Shown here piece by piece: positions 61,292-64,000 of a stretch of 64,000 nucleotides of DNA. Both the position numbers and the translations under genes were made by a program. This stretch comes from Halovivax sp. (lineage in GTDB: Archaea > Halobacteriota > Halobacteria > Halobacteriales > Natrialbaceae). How positions within the stretch are numbered: the stretch's first letter is position 1; every line of letters begins with the position of its first letter. Location: NCBI RefSeq assembly GCF_007119345.1, contig NZ_SKPV01000010.1; one strand, given 5' to 3'. Under the pieces are notes generated by a model. It was not told the DNA's origin. It made no database searches and worked only from the letters and a program-made list of their open reading frames with translations.

Positions 61292-61762
61292 TTACCCACC
61301 CGCCCCCGTCCGGTCCGAGAAGTCCCACCCGTAGACGACCGCCGGTTCGATGGAGATCGTCACCTCCTCGCGGTCTTCCCGAAGCAGGTTCCGGGCCAGT
61401 TCGGAGTCCGTTCCACCGAGGTATCGGTCGAGGAGGTCACGAAGCGTCTCCTTTTCGGGATCGGCTTCGATCGTCGCGGTTCCTCGACCGCGAACCCCGG
61501 CGTACGGCGGGTCGTTCGTCGAGACCTCGAACGAGAGCGCCGGATCTTCCCGGAGGTAGCCGACGACCTTCGCACCCTCGGCGGTGGCACAGTCGAGGGT
61601 CCAGTCGTCGGATCCGTCTTCGCCGTCCGCCCGATACCGGTACCACATCGACAGCATCCAGGGGTGTCCCGACGGGGTTCGACAGCCAAGTCGGATCGGG
61701 ATCGTCCGTTCGGAGAGGAACCTCGAGATCTCGTCGTCCGTGAGGGAGCCGCGTACGTGCAT
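61292..61762 (-). CDS. pyridoxamine 5'-phosphate oxidase family protein
   Basis: PIRLGCRTPSGHPWMLSMWY, PPYAGVRGRG and WDFSDR motifs. Confidence 0.88.
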   Translation of the reverse strand: MHVRGSLTDDEISRFLSERTIPIRLGCRTPSGHPWMLSMWYRYRADGEDGSDDWTLDCATAEGAKVVGYLREDPALSFEVSTNDPPYAGVRGRGTATIEADPEKETLRDLLDRYLGGTDSELARNLLREDREEVTISIEPAVVYGWDFSDRTGAGG

Positions 61763-62017
61763 GGCGTACTCCACGACCGCAGCCGGTAAAGAACGACGGC
61801 CGAAGATCGTCGCGAACGGGGGCTATCGCCGGCGACTTCCCGCCGGGTCGACGGTCTCGACCGCCGTCACGAGTCGGCTACGAATCGCGCGTCGTCGACA
61901 GCGATATCGTCTCGCTCGCGGGAGCTGTCGTCGGGCTCGTCACCCTCGTGGTACTCGAGGGCCTCCATCGCGCTCGCGATAACTGGCGGAGCGATCTCGT
62001 CGCCACGTAGCAGCGGA

Positions 62018-63040
62018 TCAGGACGCCTCGTCGATCAGCCCCCGTACGTTCACCCGGCGGCCCTCCTCGTCGGCGAGGTACGCGGCCTCCGTCAGCGCGG
62101 TCACCCGTAACCCGACTGTCCCCGGGACCGCCGGTTCGGCCTCGCCGTCGATCGAGTCCAGGAAGTTTCCGAGCTTCGCCGACGTGAGCGACGCGAAGTC
62201 CGTGCCGCCCTCGACGACGCTCTCGTAGACCGTCGCGCCTCGTTCCGCCAGGCGGACGGTCTCCCCGTCGAAGACGAGACGACCGCCCGATCCCCAGATC
62301 GCGTACCCCTCCGACGGTTCGAGTTCGACCCCGTCCCCGCAGACTGTGACCCCGGCCTGTATCCGCCGCCCGTCCCGTTCGAGCGAGAGCGAGAGCGCGC
62401 TGTCGACGTCGACGCCGGGACTCGCGTACTCGATCTCGGCCGAGACGGATCGAGGCTCCGCCCCCGTGAGCCAGCACAGCGCCTCGAGCAGGTGCGATCC
62501 CGTATCGTACAGCTGCCCACCGCCCGACAGCGACGGATCGACCCGCCACGTGTCCTCGTGCAGGCCGATCCAGTCCTGGCCGATGAACGCGTTCGCCGCG
62601 CGAAGGTCGCCGATCCGGCCGTCCTCGATCACGCGTTTCACCTCGCGAAATCCCGGGTGAAAGTGACGCTGATAGCCGACCTGAACGACCAGCTCGCGCT
62701 CGTCGGCCCGCTCGAGCAGCGCGACCGCATCGGCGACGTCGGTCACCATCGGTTTCTCGATGTAGACGTGAAGCCCGGCCTCCAGGCAGGCGCGGGCCTG
62801 CTCGTAGTGGAGCGTGTGCGGCGTGACGATCAACGCGAGGTCGAGGTCGTCGCCGTGAGCGTCGAACATCGCCTCGTGGTCGGGGTACGCCGGCGCGTCG
62901 TGTTCCCGCTCGAAGACCTCCCTGGCGGCGGCCGACACGTCGGCACCCGCGACCAACTCGACGTCGTCGAGCCCGGACAGCACCTCCAGTTCGAGCTGAC
63001 CGAGCCCGCCGAGGCCGATCGCGGCTGCGGCGGAGCCCAT
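62018..63040 (-). CDS. Gfo/Idh/MocA family oxidoreductase
   Basis: GLGGLG, TPHTLH, EKPM, GYQRHF and GGGQLYDTGSH motifs. Confidence 0.94.
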   Translation of the reverse strand: MGSAAAAIGLGGLGQLELEVLSGLDDVELVAGADVSAAAREVFEREHDAPAYPDHEAMFDAHGDDLDLALIVTPHTLHYEQARACLEAGLHVYIEKPMVTDVADAVALLERADERELVVQVGYQRHFHPGFREVKRVIEDGRIGDLRAANAFIGQDWIGLHEDTWRVDPSLSGGGQLYDTGSHLLEALCWLTGAEPRSVSAEIEYASPGVDVDSALSLSLERDGRRIQAGVTVCGDGVELEPSEGYAIWGSGGRLVFDGETVRLAERGATVYESVVEGGTDFASLTSAKLGNFLDSIDGEAEPAVPGTVGLRVTALTEAAYLADEEGRRVNVRGLIDEAS

Positions 63041-63189
63041 ACCCGGCTCTTTCGGGGCCCTCGACGAAAAGTCTGTGTCGGTCTCTCACGGAACGAGTCG
63101 GTCGGCCCGACGCGACGCACATCGTTCCCCACCGATTACCGGCGAGCGATGGCAGAAGCTACTCTCCCCTCGGAGGCGTTGAAGACGAC

Positions 63190-63357
63190 ATGCCCACCTG
63201 CCCCGGTTGTAAAACGCACCTCTCCCACCACGAGTGCGTCGTTCACGTTCGATACTGCAAGTGGGTCTGGAGCGAGCACCCGGAGGCGGAGTCACACATG
63301 GTCGATCACCTCGTGAACCTCGTCGACGAAGATCGCCGACGCGAGCGGGAGAGTTGA
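63190..63357 (+). CDS. putative C2HC zinc-finger micro-protein (55 aa)
   Basis: Manual translation MPTCPGCKTHLSHHECVVHVRYCKWVWSEHPEAESHMVDHLVNLVDEDRRRERES; GGAGG about 13 nt upstream. Confidence 0.65.
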   Translation: MPTCPGCKTHLSHHECVVHVRYCKWVWSEHPEAESHMVDHLVNLVDEDRRRERES

Positions 63358-63421
63358 ACGGAGCGGGTCCTCGCGACGGTGGCCACGGGATGCTTGCGGC
63401 GTATTCGCGTCGACGCGACCG

Positions 63422-64000
63422 TCACGACACGGGCGCGATCGCCGACGCGAACGTGTAGTCGTAGACGTGATTGAGCAGGAGGTACGTGACGATGCCGAGC
63501 ACGAGGCTCAGTATCCACGTGCCCGCCGCGACCCGCCCGATTCGCGCGTGGACCGTCCGCTCGAGTTCCGCGGGCGTGTGCGTGAGTCCGAGGACGAGCG
63601 CGTAGACCACGACCGGGACCGCGACGATCGAGAGGATCACGTGCACCGCCAGCATCGCCAGGTAGGCGTAGTAGACCGGATCCGGGCCCACGAAGTACTT
63701 CTCCCCGCCGCCACCCACCCTGAGCAGGTAGACGACGAGGAACAGGAGGATCAGCGCGAACGCGCCAATCATCGCGCGACGGTGTAACCGCACCCGGCCG
63801 CGACGGATCCAGTACCAGCCGGCGACCAGCAGGACCGTCGCCCCCGCGTTGATGACCGCGATCGCGTGGGTGAGCGGGTTCACCTGGCCCGGGGTGAGCT
63901 CCGGGTAGATCGGGAGATCGAGCAAGAAGGTGCCCAGGACGAGCGCGTACCCGACGATCGTCAGGGCCGCGGTCGTCTCTCCGGGGCGTCGTCGGATCAG
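63422..64000 (-). CDS. DUF420 family membrane protein (5' end outside the window)
   Basis: HRRAM, FLVVYL, HVILS, HARIGR and WILSLVLG motifs. Confidence 0.88.
   Translation of the reverse strand: MIRRRPGETTAALTIVGYALVLGTFLLDLPIYPELTPGQVNPLTHAIAVINAGATVLLVAGWYWIRRGRVRLHRRAMIGAFALILLFLVVYLLRVGGGGEKYFVGPDPVYYAYLAMLAVHVILSIVAVPVVVYALVLGLTHTPAELERTVHARIGRVAAGTWILSLVLGIVTYLLLNHVYDYTFASAIAPVS

Noticed and set aside
61867..61968. 33-aa acidic minus-strand ORF MEALEYHEGDEPDDSSRERDDIAVDDARFVADS
   Set aside because: Plausible composition but too short, with no motif or clear promoter; cannot be supported without homology or Ribo-seq

Overview
High-GC chromosomal window from a halophilic archaeon (Halobacteria, probably Natrialbales-like), judged from acidic proteins, CPxCG micro-proteins, HalOD1, thermosome, Dph6 and a geranylgeranyl reductase. 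It holds about 65 mostly housekeeping or conserved genes, including acnA, a third thermosome subunit, sppA, dph6, a CtaA-like/heme O synthase fusion, squalene/phytoene synthase, beta-oxidation enzymes, an ABC exporter and F420-dependent oxidoreductases. I saw no rRNA, tRNA, CRISPR array, transposase or integrase. Five real-looking genes are absent from the ORF track or only partly captured: a degenerate Mrr-like membrane protein and four zinc-finger micro-proteins, one of them an unusual C2HC type. Three genes look disrupted (NmrA, a HalOD1 copy, a secreted protein). The most notable non-coding signals are: (1) about 15 unrelated 20-53 bp tandem-repeat arrays, several seeded on stop codons and one apparently amplifying a promoter; (2) a perfect 24-bp direct repeat bracketing a PadR/small-protein pair; (3) a roughly 130-nt highly structured leader upstream of the coiled-coil gene. 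Several enzymes appear to have lost catalytic residues. All family assignments come from motif recognition by eye, not from database searches, and I cannot claim a confirmed new system.
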